Below are positions 1 to 15,000 of a DNA stretch of 64,000 nt, piece by piece. How positions within the stretch are numbered: the stretch's first letter is position 1; every line of letters starts with the position of its first letter. The stretch comes from Eledone cirrhosa (Eukaryota): contig OZ024740.1 of assembly GCA_964016885.1 (NCBI GenBank), positions 27,838,001 through 27,902,000 of the forward strand, read 5' to 3'. The position numbers were made by a program, and so were the translations under genes. The notes below the pieces were generated by a model. The model saw only the letters and a program-made list of their open reading frames with translations. It had not been told where the DNA came from and ran no database searches.

Positions 1-3000
1 TACAGGTGGTAACATATTAGTAAGAGCAATACCTTGTGTCTATTGTAATCAATATCACAGTTGGTAACATATTAGTAAGAGCAATACCTTGTGTCTATTG
101 TAATCAATATTACAGGTGGTAACATATTAGTAAGAGCAATACCTTGTGTCTATTGTAATCAATATTACAGTTGGTAACATATTAGTAAGAGCAATACCTT
201 GTGTCTATTGTAATCAATATTACAGTTGGTAACATATTAGTAAGAGCAATACCTTGTGTCTATTGTAATCAATATTACAGTTGGTAACATATTATTAAGA
301 GCAATACCTTGCGTCTATTGTAATCAATATTACAGTTGGTAACATATTAGTAAGAGCAATACCTTGTGTCTATTGTAATCAATATTACATGTGGTAACAT
401 ATTAGTAAGAGCAATACCTTGTGTCTATTGTAATCAAAATTACAGGTGGTAGCATATTAGTAAAAGCAATACCTTGTGTCTATTGTAATCAATATCACAG
501 TTGGTAACATATTAGTAAGAGCAATACCTTGTGTCTATTGTAATCAATATTACAGGTGGTAGCATATTAGTAAAAGCAATACCTTGTGTCTATTGTAATC
601 AATATTACAGTTGGTAACATATTAGTAAGAGCAATACCTTGTGTCTATTGTAATCAATATTACAGTTGGTAACATATTAGTAAGAGCAATACTTTGTGTC
701 TATTGTAATCAATATTACAGTTGGTAACATATTAGTAAAAGCAATACCTTGTGTCTATTGTAATCAATATTACAGTTGGTAACATATTAGTAAGAGCAAT
801 ACCTTGTGTCTAATGTAATTAATATTACAGTTGGTAACATATTAGTAAGAGCAATACCTTGTGTCTATTGTAATCAATATTACAGTTGGTAACATATTAG
901 TAAGAGAAATACTTTGTGTCTATTGTAATCAATATTACAGTTGGTAACATATTAGTAAAAGCAATACCTTGTGTCTATTGTAATCAATATTACAGTTGGT
1001 AACATATTAGTAAGAGCAATACCTTGTGTCTAATGTAATCAATATTACAGTTGGTAACATATTAGTAAGAGCAATACATTGTGTCTATTGTAATCAATAT
1101 TACAGTTGGTAACATATTAGTAAGAGCAATACCTTGTGTCTATTGTAATCAATATTACAGTTGGTAACATATTAGTAAGAACAATACCTTATGTCTATTG
1201 TAATCAATATTACAGTTGGTAACATATTAGTAAGAACAATACCTTGTGTCTATTGTAATCAATATTACAGTTGGTAACATATTAGTAAGAGCAATACCTT
1301 GTGTCTATTGTAATCAATATTACAGTTGGTAACATATTAGTTAGAGCAATGCCTTGTGTCTATTGTAATCAATATTACAGTTGGTAACATATTAGTAAGA
1401 GCAATACCTTGTGTCTATTGTAATCAATATTACAGTTGGTAACATATTAGTAAGAGCAATACCTTGTGTCTATTGTAATCAATATTACAGTTGGTAACAT
1501 ATCAGTAAGAGCAATACCTTGTGTCTATTGTAATCAATATTACAGTTGGTAACATATTAGTAAGAGCAATACTTTGTGTCTATTGTAATCAATATTACAG
1601 TTGGTAACATATTAGTAAAAGCAATACCTTGTGTCTATTGTAATCAATATTACAGTTGGTAACATATTAGTAAGAGCAATACCTTGTGTCTATTGTAATC
1701 AATATTACAGTTGGTAACATATTAGTAAGAGCAATACTTTGTGTCTATTGTAATCAATATTACAGTTGGTAACATATTAGTAAAAGCAATACCTTGTGTC
1801 TATTGTAATCAATATTACAGTTGGTAACATATTAGTAAGAGCAATACCTTGTGTCTAATGTAATCAATATTACAGTTGGTAACATATTAGTAAGAGCAAT
1901 ACCTTGTGTCTATTGTAATCAATATTACAGTTGGTAACATATTAGTAAGAGAAATACTTTGTGTCTATTGTAATCAATATTACAGTTGGTAACATATTAG
2001 TAAGAGCAAAACCTTGTGTCTATTTTAATCAATATTACAGTTGGTAACATATTAGTAAGAGCAATACCTTGTGTCTATTGTAATCAATATTACAGTTGGT
2101 ATCATATTAGTAAGAGCAATACCTTGTGTCTATTGTAATCAATATTACAGTTGGTAACATATTAGTAAGAGCAATACCTTGTGTCTATTGTAATCAATAT
2201 TACAGTTGGTAACATATTAGTAAGAGCAATACCTTGCGTCTATTGTAATCAATATTACAGTTGGTAACATATTAGTAAGAGCAATACCTTGTGTCTATTG
2301 TAATCAATATTACAGTTGGTAACATATTAGTAAGAGCAATACCTTGTGTCTATTGTAATCAATATTACAGTTGGTAACATATTAGTAAGAGCAATACCTT
2401 GTGTCTATTGTAATCAATATTACAGTTGGTAACATATTAGTAAGAGCAATACCTTGTGTCTATTGTAATCAATATTGCAGTTGGTAACATATTAGTAAGA
2501 GCAATACCTCGTGTCTATTGTAATCAATATTACAGGTGGTAACATATTAGTAAGAGCAATACCTTGTGTCTATTGTAATCAATATCACAGTTGGTAACAT
2601 ATTAGTAAGAGCAATACCTTGTGTCTATTGTAATCAATATTACAGGTGGTAACATATTAGTAAGAGCAATACCTTGTGTCTATTGTAATCAATATTACAG
2701 TTGGTAACATATTAGTAAGAGCAATACCTTGTGTCTATTGTAATCAATATTACAGTTGGTAACATATTAGTAAGAGCAATACCTTGTGTCTATTGTAATC
2801 AATATTACAGTTGGTAACATATTATTAAGAGCAATACCTTGCGTCTATTGTAATCAATATTACAGTTGGTAACATATTAGTAAGAGCAATACCTTGTGTC
2901 TATTGTAATCAATATTACATGTGGTAACATATTAGTAAGAGCAATACCTTGTGTCTATTGTAATCAAAATTACAGGTGGTAGCATATTAGTAAAAGCAAT

Positions 3001-6000
3001 ACCTTGTGTCTATTGTAATCAATATCACAGTTGGTAACATATTAGTAAGAGCAATACCTTGTGTCTATTGTAATCAATATTACAGGTGGTAGCATATTAG
3101 TAAAAGCAATACCTTGTGTCTATTGTAATCAATATTACAGTTGGTAACATATTAGTAAGAGCAATACCTTGTGTCTATTGTAATCAATATTACAGTTGGT
3201 AACATATTAGTAAGAGCAATACTTTGTGTCTATTGTAATCAATATTACAGTTGGTAACATATTAGTAAAAGCAATACCTTGTGTCTATTGTAATCAATAT
3301 TACAGTTGGTAACATATTAGTAAGAGCAATACCTTGTGTCTAATGTAATTAATATTACAGTTGGTAACATATTAGTAAGAGCAATACCTTGTGTCTATTG
3401 TAATCAATATTACAGTTGGTAACATATTAGTAAGAGAAATACTTTGTGTCTATTGTAATCAATATTACAGTTGGTAACATATTAGTAAAAGCAATACCTT
3501 GTGTCTATTGTAATCAATATTACAGTTGGTAACATATTAGTAAGAGCAATACCTTGTGTCTAATGTAATCAATATTACAGTTGGTAACATATTAGTAAGA
3601 GCAATACATTGTGTCTATTGTAATCAATATTACAGTTGGTAACATATTAGTAAGAGCAATACCTTGTGTCTATTGTAATCAATATTACAGTTGGTAACAT
3701 ATTAGTAAGAACAATACCTTATGTCTATTGTAATCAATATTACAGTTGGTAACATATTAGTAAGAACAATACCTTGTGTCTATTGTAATCAATATTACAG
3801 TTGGTAACATATTAGTAAGAGCAATACCTTGTGTCTATTGTAATCAATATTACAGTTGGTAACATATTAGTTAGAGCTATGCCTTGTGTCTATTGTAATC
3901 AATATTACAGTTGGTAACATATTAGTAAGAGCAATACCTTGTGTCTATTGTAATCAATATTACAGTTGGTAACATATTAGTAAGAGCAATACCTTGTGGC
4001 TATTGTAATCAATATTACAGTTGGTAACATATCAGTAAGAGCAATACCTTGTGTCTATTGTAATCAATATTACAGTTGGTAACATATTAGTAAGAGCAAT
4101 ACTTTGTGTCTATTGTAATCAATATTACAGTTGGTAACATATTAGTAAAAGCAATACCTTGTGTCTATTGTAATCAATATTACAGTTGGTAACATATTAG
4201 TAAGAGCAATACCTTGTGTCTATTGTAATCAATATTACAGTTGGTAACATATTAGTAAGAGCAATACTTTGTGTCTATTGTAATCAATATTACAGTTGGT
4301 AACATATTAGTAAAAGCAATACCTTGCGTCTATTGTAATCAATATTACAGTTGGTAACATATTAGTAAGAGCAATACCTTGTGTCTAATGTAATCAATAT
4401 TACAGTTGGTAACATATTAGTAAGAGCAATACCTTGTGTCTATTGTAATCAATATTACAGTTGGTAACATATTAGTAAGAGAAATACTTTGTGTCTATTG
4501 TAATCAATATTACAGTTGGTAACATATTAGTAAAAGCAATACCTTGTGTCTATTGTAATCAATATTACAGTTGGTAACATATTAGTAAGAGCAATACCTT
4601 GTGTCTAATGTAATCAATATTACAGTTGGTAACATATTAGTAAGAGCAATACCTTGTGTCTATTGTAATCAATATTACAGTTGGTAACATATTAGTAAGA
4701 GCAATACCTTGTGTCTATTGTAATCAATATTACAGTTGGTAACATATTAGTAAGAACAATACCTTATGTCTATTGTAATCAATATTACAGTTGGTAACAT
4801 ATTAGTAAGAACAATACCTTGTGTCTATTGTAATCAATATTACAGTTGGTAACATATTAGTAAGAGCAATACCTTGTGTCTATTGTAATCAATATTACAG
4901 TTGGTAACATATTAGTAAGAGCAATGCCTTGTGTCTATTGTAATCAATATTACAGTTGGTAACATATTAGTAAGAGCAATACCTTGTGTCTATTGTAATC
5001 AATATTACAGTTGGTAACATATTAGTAAGAGCAATACCTTTAGTCTATTGTAATCAATATTACAGTTGGTAACATATCATTAAGAGCAATACCTTGTGTC
5101 TATTGTAATCAATATTACAGTTGGTAACATATCAGTAAGAGCAATACCTTGTGTCTATTGTAATCAATATCACAGTTGGTAACATATTAGTAAGAGCAAT
5201 ACCTTGCGTCTATTGTAATCAATATTACAGGTGGTAGCATATTAGTAAAAGCAATACCTTGTGTCTATTGTAATCAATATTATAGTTGGTAACATATTAG
5301 TAAGAGCAATACCTTGTGTGTATTGTAATCAATATCACAGTTGGTAACATATTAGTAAGAGCAATACCTTGTGTCTATTGTAATCAATATTACAGGGGGT
5401 AGCATATTAGTAAAAGCAATACCTTGTGTCTATTGTAATCAACATCACAGTTGGTAACATATTAGTGAGAGCAATACCTCGTGTCTAATGTAATCAATAT
5501 CACAGTTAGTAACATATTAGTAAGAGCAATACCTCCTTGTGTCTATGGTAATCAATATTACATTTGGTAACATAATAGTAAGACCAATACCTTGTGTCTA
5601 TTGTAATCAATATCACAGTTGGTAACATATTAGTAAGAGCAATACCTTGTGTCTATTGTAATCAATATTACAGGTGGTAGCATATTAGTAAAAGCAATAC
5701 CTTGTGTCTATTGTAATCAACATCACAGTTGGTAACATATTAGTAAGAGCAATGCCTTGTGTCTATTGTAATCAATATTACAGTTGGTAACATATTAGTA
5801 AGAGCAATACCTTGTGTCTATTGTAATCAATATTACAGTTGGTAACATATTAGTAAGAGCAATACCTTGTGTCTATTGTAATCAATATTACAGTTAGTAA
5901 CATATTAGTTATAGCAATACCTCCTTGTGTCTATGGTAATCAATATTACAGTTGGTAACATATTAGTAAGAGCAATACCTTGTGTCTATTGTAATCAATA

Positions 6001-9000
6001 TTACAGTTGGTAAAATATTAGTAAGAGCAATACCTTGTGTCTATTGTAATCAATATTACAGTTGGTAACATATTAGTAAGAGCAATGCCTTGTGTCTATT
6101 GTAATCAATATTACAGTTGGTAACATATTAGTAAGAGCAATACCTTGTGTCTATTGTAATCAATATTACAGTTGGTAACATATTAGTAAGAGCAATACCT
6201 TGTGTCTATTGTAATCAATATTACAGTTGGTAACTTATTAGTAAGAGCAATACCTTGTGTCTATTGTAATCAATATTACAGTTGGTAACATATTAGTAAG
6301 AGCAATACCTTGTGTCTATTGTAATCAATATTACAGTTGGTAACATATTAGTAAGAGCAAAACCTTGTGTCTATTGTAATCAATATTACAGTTGGTAACA
6401 TATTAGTAAGAGCAATACCTTGTGTCTATTGTAATCAATATTACAGTTGGTATCATATTAATAAGAGCAATACCTTGTGTCTATTGTAATCAATATTACA
6501 GTTGGTAACATATTAGTAAGAGCAATACCTTGTGTCTATTGTAATCAATATTACAGTTGGTAACATATTAGTAAGAGCAATACCTTGCGTCTATTGTAAT
6601 CAATATTACAGTTGGTAACATATTAGTAAGAGCAATACCTTGTGTCTATTGTAATCAATATTACAGTTGGTAACATATTAGTAAGAGCAATACCTTGTGT
6701 CTATTGTAATCAATATTACAGTTGGTAACATATTAGTAAGAGCAATACCTTGTGTCTATTGTAATCAATATTACAGTTGGTAACATATTAGTAAGAGCAA
6801 TACCTTGTGTCTATTGTAATCAATATTGCAGTTGGTAACATATTAGTAAGAGCAATACCTCGTGTCTATTGTAATCAATATTACAGGTGGTAGCATATTA
6901 GTAAAAGCAATACCTTGTGTCTATTGTAATCAATATTACAGTTGGTAACATATTAGTAAAAGCAATACCTTGTGTCTATTGTAATCAATATTACAGTTGG
7001 TAACATATTAGTAAGAGCAATACTTTGTGTCTATTGTAATCAATATTACAGTTGGTAACATATTAGTAAAAGCAATACCTTGTGTCTATTGTAATCAATA
7101 TTACAGTTGGTAACATATTAGTAAGAGCAATACCTTGTGTCTAATGTAATCAATATTACAGTTGGTAACATATTAGTAAGAGCAATACCTTGTGTCTATT
7201 GTAATCAATATTACAGTTGGTAACATATTAGTAAGAGCAATACCTTGTGCCTATTGTAATCAATATTACAGTTGGTAACATATTAGTAAGAGCAATACCT
7301 TGTGTCTATTGTAATCAATATTACAGTTGGTAATATATTAGTAAGAGCAATACCTTGTGTCTATTTTAATCAATATTACAGTTGGTAACATATTAGTAAG
7401 AGCAATACCTTGTGTCTATTGTAATCAATATTACAGTTGGTAACATATTAGTAAGAGCAATACCTTGTGTCTATTGTAATCAATATTACAGTTGGTAACA
7501 TATTAGTAAGAACAATACCTTGTGTCTATTGTAATCAATATTACAGTTGGTAACATATTAGTAAGAACAATACCTTGTGTCTATTGTAATCAGTATTACA
7601 GTTGGTAACATATTAGTAAGAGCAATACCTTGTGTCTATTGTAATCAATATTACAGTTGGTAACATATTAGTAAGAGCAATACCTTGTGTCTATTGTAAT
7701 CAATATTACAGTTGGTAACATATTAGTAAGAGCAATACCTTGTGTCTATTGTAATCAATATTACAGTTGGTAAGATATTAGTAAGAACAATACCTTATGT
7801 CTATTGTAATCAATATTACAGTTGGTAACATATTAGTAAGAACAATACCTTGTGTCTATTGTAATCAATATTACAGTTGGTAACATATTAGTAAGAGCAA
7901 TACCTTGTGTCTATTGTAATCAATATTACAGTTGGTAACATATTAGTAAGAGCAATGCCTTGTGTCTATTGTAATCAATATTACAGTTGGTAACATATTA
8001 GTAAGAGCAATACCTTGTGTCTATTGTAATCAATATTACAGTTGGTAACATATTAGTAAGAGCAATACCTTTAGTCTATTGTAATCAATATTACAGTTGG
8101 TAACATATCATTAAGAGCAATACCTTGTGTCTATTGTAATCAATATTACAGTTGGTAACATATCAGTAAGAGCAATACCTTGTGTCTATTGTAATCAATA
8201 TCACAGTTGGTAACATATTAGTAAGAGCAATACCTTGCGTCTATTGTAATCAATATTACAGGTGGTAGCATATTAGTAAAAGCAATACCTTGTGTCTATT
8301 GTAATCAATATTATAGTTGGTAACATATTAGTAAGAGCAATACCTTGTGTCTATTGTAATCAATATCACAGTTGGTAACATATTAGTAAGAGCAATACCT
8401 TGTGTCTATTGTAATCAATATTACAGGTGGTAGCATATTAGTAAAAGCAATACCTTGTGTCTATTGTAATCAACATCACAGTTGGTAACATATTAGTGAG
8501 AGCAATACCTCGTGTCTAATGTAATCAATATCACAGTTAGTAACATATTAGTAAGAGCAATACCTCCTTGTGTCTATGGTAATCAATATTACATTTGGTA
8601 ACATAATAGTAAGAGCAATACCTTGTGTCTATTGTAATCAATATCACAGTTGGTAACATATTAGTAAGAGCAATACTTTGTGTCTATTGTAATCAATATT
8701 ACAGGTGGTAGCATATTAGTAAAAGCAATACCTTGTGTCTATTGTAATCAACATCACAGTTGGTAACATATTAGTAAGAGCAATGCCTTGTGTCTATTGT
8801 AATCAATATTACAGTTGGTAACATATTAGTAAGAGCAATACCTTGTGTCTATTGTAATCAATATTACAGTTGGTAAAATATTAGTAAGAGCAATACCTTG
8901 TGTCTATTGTAATCAATATTACAGTTGGTAACATATTAGTAAGAGCAATGCCTTGTGTCTATTGTAGTCAATATTACAGTTGGTAACATATTAGTAAGAG

Positions 9001-12000
9001 CAATACCATGTGTCTATTGTAATCAATATTACAGTTGGTAACATATTAGTAAGAGCAATACCTTGTGTCTATTGTAATCAATATTACAGTTGGTAACTTA
9101 TTAGTAAGAGCAATACCTTGTGTCTATTGTAATCAATATTACAGTTGGTAACATATTAGTAAGAGCAATACCTTGTGTCTATTGTAATCAATATTACAGT
9201 TGGTAACATATTAGTAAGAGCAAAACCTTGTGTCTATTGTAATCAATATTACAGTTGGTAACATATTAGTAAGAGCAATACCTTGTGTCTATTGTAATCA
9301 ATATTACAGTTGGTATCATATTAGTAAGAGCAATACCTTGTGTCTATTGTAATCAATATTACAGTTGGTAACATATTAGTAAGTGCAATACCTTGTGTCT
9401 ATTGTAATCAATATTACAGTTGGTAACATATTAGTAAGAGCAATACCTTGCGTCTATTGTAATCAATATTACAGTTGGTAACATATTAGTAAGAGCAATA
9501 CCTTGTGTCTATTGTAATCAATATTACAGTTGGTAACATATTAGTAAGAGCAATACCTTGTGTCTATTGTAATCAATATTACAGTTGGTAACATATTAGT
9601 AAGAGCAATACCTTGTGTCTATTGTAATCAATATTACAGTTGGTAACATATTAGTAAGAGCAATACCTTGTGTCTATTGTAATCAATATTGCAGTTGGTA
9701 ACATATTTGTAAGAGCAATACCTCGTGTCTATTGTAATCAATATTACAGGTGGTAACATATTAGTAAGAGCAATACCTTGTGTCTATTGTAATCAATATT
9801 ACAGGTTGTAACATATTAATAAGAGTAATACCTTGTGTCTATTGTAATCAATATCACAGTTGGTAACATATTAGTAAGAGCAATACCGTGTGTCTATTGT
9901 AATCAATATTACATGTGGTAACATATTAGTAAGAGCAATACCTTGTGTCTATTGTAATCAATATTACAGGTGGTAGCATATTAGTAAAAGCAATACCTTG
10001 TGTCTATTGTAATCAATATCACAGTTGGTAACATATTAGTAAGAGCAATACCTTGTGTCTATTGTAATCAATATTACAGGTGGTAGCATATTAGTAAAAG
10101 CAATACCTTGTGTCTATTGTAATCAATATTACAGTTGGTAACATATTAGTAAAAGCAATACCTTGTGTCTATTGTAATCAATATTACAGTTGGTAACATA
10201 TTAGTAAGAGCAATACTTTGTGTCTATTGTAATCAATATTACAGTTGGTAACATATTAGTAAAAGCAATACCTTGTGTCTATTGTAATCAATATTACAGT
10301 TGGTAACATATTAGTAAGAGCAATACCTTGTGTCTAATGTAATCAATATTACAGTTGGTAACATATTAGTAAGAGCAATACCTTGTGTCTATTGTAATCA
10401 ATATTACAGTTGGTAACATATTAGTAAGAGCAATACCTTGTGCCTATTGTAATCAATATTACAGTTGGTAACATATTAGTAAGAGCAATACCTTGTGTCT
10501 ATTGTAATCAATATTACAGTTGGTAATATATTAGTAAGAGCAATACCTTCTGTCTATTTTAATCAATATTACAGTTGGTAACATATTAGTAAGAGCAATA
10601 CCTTGTGTCTATTGTAATCAATATTACAGTTGGTAACATATTAGTAAGAGCAATACCTTGTGTCTATTGTAATCAATATTACAGTTGGTAACATATTAGT
10701 AAGAACAATACCTTGTGTCTATTGTAATCAATATTACAGTTGGTAACATATTAGTAAGAACAATACCTTGTGTCTATTGTAATCAGTATTACAGTTGGTA
10801 ACATATTAGTAAGAGCAATACCTTGTGTCTATTGTAATCAATATTACAGTTGGTAACATATTAGTAAGAGCAATACCTTGTGTCTATTGTAATCAATATT
10901 ACAGTTGGTAACATATTAGTAAGAGCAATACCTTGTGTCTATTGTAATCAATATTACAGTTGGTAACATATTAGTAAGAGCAATACCTCGTGTCTAATGT
11001 AATCAATATCACAGTTGGTAACATATTAGTAAGAGCAATACCTCCTTGTGTCTATGGTAATCAATATTAAGGTTGGTAACATATTAGTAAGAGCAATACC
11101 TTTTGTCTATTGTAATCGATATTACAGTTGGTAACACATTAGTAAGAGCAATACCTCGTGTCTATTGTAATCAATATTACAGGTGGTAACATATTAGTAA
11201 GAGCAATACCTTGTGTCTATTGTAATCAATATTACAGGTGGTAACATATTAGTAAGAGTAATACCTTGTGTCTATTGTAATCAATATCACAGTTGGTAAC
11301 ATATTAGTAAGAGCAATACCGTGTGTCTATTGTAATCAATATTACATGTGGTAACATATTAGTAAGAACAATACCTTGTGTCTATTGTAATCAATATTAC
11401 AGGTGGTAGCATATTAGTAAAAGCAATACCTTGTGTCTATTGTAATCAATATCACAGTTGGTAACATATTAGTAAGAGCAATACCTTGTGTCTATTGTAA
11501 TCAATATTACAGGTGGTAGCATATTAGTAAAAGCAATACCTTGTGTCTATTGTAATCAATATTACAGTTGGTAACATATTAGTAAGAGCAATACCTTGTG
11601 TCTATTGTAATTAATATTACAGTTGGTAACATATTAGTAAGAGCAATACTTTGTGTCTATTGTAATCAATATTACAGTTGGTAACATATTAGTAAAAGCA
11701 ATACCTTGTGTCTATTGTAATCAATATTACAGTTGGTAACATATTAGTAAGAGCAATACCTCGTGTCTAATGTAATCAATATTACAGTTGGTAACATATT
11801 AGTAAGAGCAATACCTTGTGTCTATTGTAATCAATATTACAGTTGGTAACATATTAGTAAGAGCAATACCTTGTGCCTATTGTAATCAATATTACAGTTG
11901 GTAACATATTAGTAAGAGCAATACCTTGTGTCTATTGTAATCAATATTACAGTTGGTAACATATTAGTAAGAGCAATACCTTGTGTCTATTGTAATCAAT

Positions 12001-15000
12001 ATTACAGTTGGTAACATATTAGTAAGAGCAATACCTTGTGTCTATTGTAATCAATATTACAGTTGGTAACATATTAGTAAGAGCAATAACTTGTGTCTAT
12101 TGTAATCAATATTACAGTTGGTAACATATTAGTAAGAACAATACCTTATGTCTATTGTAATCAATATTACAGTTGGTAACATATTAGTAAGAACAATACC
12201 TTGTGTCTATTGTAATCAATATTACAGTTGGTAACATATTAGTAAGAGCAATACCTTGTGTCTATTGTAATCAATATTACAGTTGGTAACATATTAGTAA
12301 GAGCAATGCCTTGTGTCTATTGTAATCAATATTACAGTTGGTAACATATTAGTAAGAGCAATACCTTGTGTCTATTGTAATCAATATTACAGTTGGTAAC
12401 ATATTAGTAAGAGCAATACCTTGTGTCTATTGTAATCAATATTACAGTTGGTAACATATTAGTAAGAGCAATACCTTGTGTCTATTGTAATCAATAATAC
12501 AGTTGGTAACATATTAGTAAGAGCAATACTTTGTGTCTATTGTAATCAATATTACAGTTGGTAACATATTAGTAAGAGCAATACCTTGTGTCTATTGTAA
12601 TCAAAATTACAGTTGGTAACATATTAGTAAGAGCAATACCTTGTGTCTATTGTAATCAATATTACAGTTGGTAACATATTAGTAAGAGCAATACCTTCTG
12701 TCTATTGTAATCAATATTACAGTTGGTTACATATTAGTAAGAGCAATACCTTGTGTCTATTGTAATCAATATTACAGTTGGTAACATATTAGTAAGAGCA
12801 ATACCTTGTGTCTATTGTAATCAATATTACAGTTGGTAACATATTAGTAAGAGCAATACCTTGTGTCTATTGTAATCAATATTACAGTTGGTAACATATT
12901 AGTAAGAGCAATACCTCGTGTCTAATGTAATCAATATCACAGTTGGTAACATATTAGTAAGAGCAATACCTCCTTGTGTCTATGGTAATCAATATTAAGG
13001 TTGGTAACATATTAGTAAGAGCAATACCTTTTGTCTATTGTAATCGATATTACAGTTGGTAACACATTAGTAAGAGCAATACCTCGTGTCTATTGTAATC
13101 AATATTACAGGTGGTAACATATTAGTAAGAGCAATACCTTGTGTCTATTGTAATCAATATTACAGGTGGTAACATATTAGTAAGAGTAATACCTTGTGTC
13201 TATTGTAATCAATATCACAGTTGGTAACATATTAGTAAGAGCAATACCGTGTGTCTATTGTAATCAATATTACATGTGGTAACATATTAGTAAGAACAAT
13301 ACCTTGTGTCTATTGTAATCAATATTACAGGTGGTAGCATATTAGTAAAAGCAATACCTTGTGTCTATTGTAATCAATATCACAGTTGGTAACATATTAG
13401 TAAGAGCAATACCTTGTGTCTATTGTAATCAATATTACAGGTGGTAGCATATTAGTAAAAGCAATACCTTGTGTCTATTGTAATCAATATTACAGTTGGT
13501 AACATATTAGTAAGAGCAATACCTTGTGTCTATTGTAATTAATATTACAGTTGGTAACATATTAGTAAGAGCAATACTTTGTGTCTATTGTAATCAATAT
13601 TACAGTTGGTAACATATTAGTAAAAGCAATACCTTGTGTCTATTGTAATCAATATTACAGTTGGTAACATATTAGTAAGAGCAATACCTCGTGTCTAATG
13701 TAATCAATATTACAGTTGGTAACATATTAGTAAGAGCAATACCTTGTGTCTATTGTAATCAATATTACAGTTGGTAACATATTAGTAAGAGCAATACCTT
13801 GTGCCTATTGTAATCAATATTACAGTTGGTAACATATTAGTAAGAGCAATACCTTGTGTCTATTGTAATCAATATTACAGTTGGTAACATATTAGTAAGA
13901 GCAATACCTTGTGTCTATTGTAATCAATATTACAGTTGGTAACATATTAGTAAGAGCAATACCTTGTGTCTATTGTAATCAATATTACAGTTGGTAACAT
14001 ATTAGTAAGAGCAATAACTTGTGTCTATTGTAATCAATATTACAGTTGGTAACATATTAGTAAGAACAATACCTTATGTCTATTGTAATCAATATTACAG
14101 TTGGTAACATATTAGTAAGAACAATACCTTGTGTCTATTGTAATCAATATTACAGTTGGTAACATATTAGTAAGAGCAATACCTTGTGTCTATTGTAATC
14201 AATATTACAGTTGGTAACATATTAGTAAGAGCAATGCCTTGTGTCTATTGTAATCAATATTACAGTTGGTAACATATTAGTAAGAGCAATACCTTGTGTC
14301 TATTGTAATCAATATTACAGTTGGTAACATATTAGTAAGAGCAATACCTTGTGTCTATTGTAATCAATATTACAGTTGGTAACATATTAGTAAGAGCAAT
14401 ACCTTGTGTCTATTGTAATCAATATTACAGTTGGTAACATATTAGTAAGAGCAATACTTTGTGTCTATTGTAATCAATATTACAGTTGGTAACATATTAG
14501 TAAGAGCAATACCTTGTGTCTATTGTAATCAAAATTACAGTTGGTAACATATTAGTAAGAGCAATACCTTGTGTCTATTGTAATCAATATTACAGTTGGT
14601 AACATATTAGTAAGAGCAATACCTTCTGTCTATTGTAATCAATATTACAGTTGGTTACATATTAGTAAGAGCAATACCTTGTGTCTATTGTAATCAATAT
14701 TACAGTTGGTAACATATTAGTAAGAGCAATACCTTGTGTCTATTGTAATCAATATTACAGTTGGTAACATATTAGTAAGAGCAATACCTTGTGTCTATTG
14801 TAATCAATATTACAGTTGGTAACATATTAGTAAGAGCAATACCTCGTGTCTATTGTAATCAATATTACAGGTGGTAACATATTAGTAAGAGCAATACCAT
14901 GTGTCTATTGTAATCAATATTACAGGTGGTAACATATTAGTAAGAGTAATACCTTGTGTCTATTGTAATCAATATCAAAGTTGGTAACATATTAGTAAGA

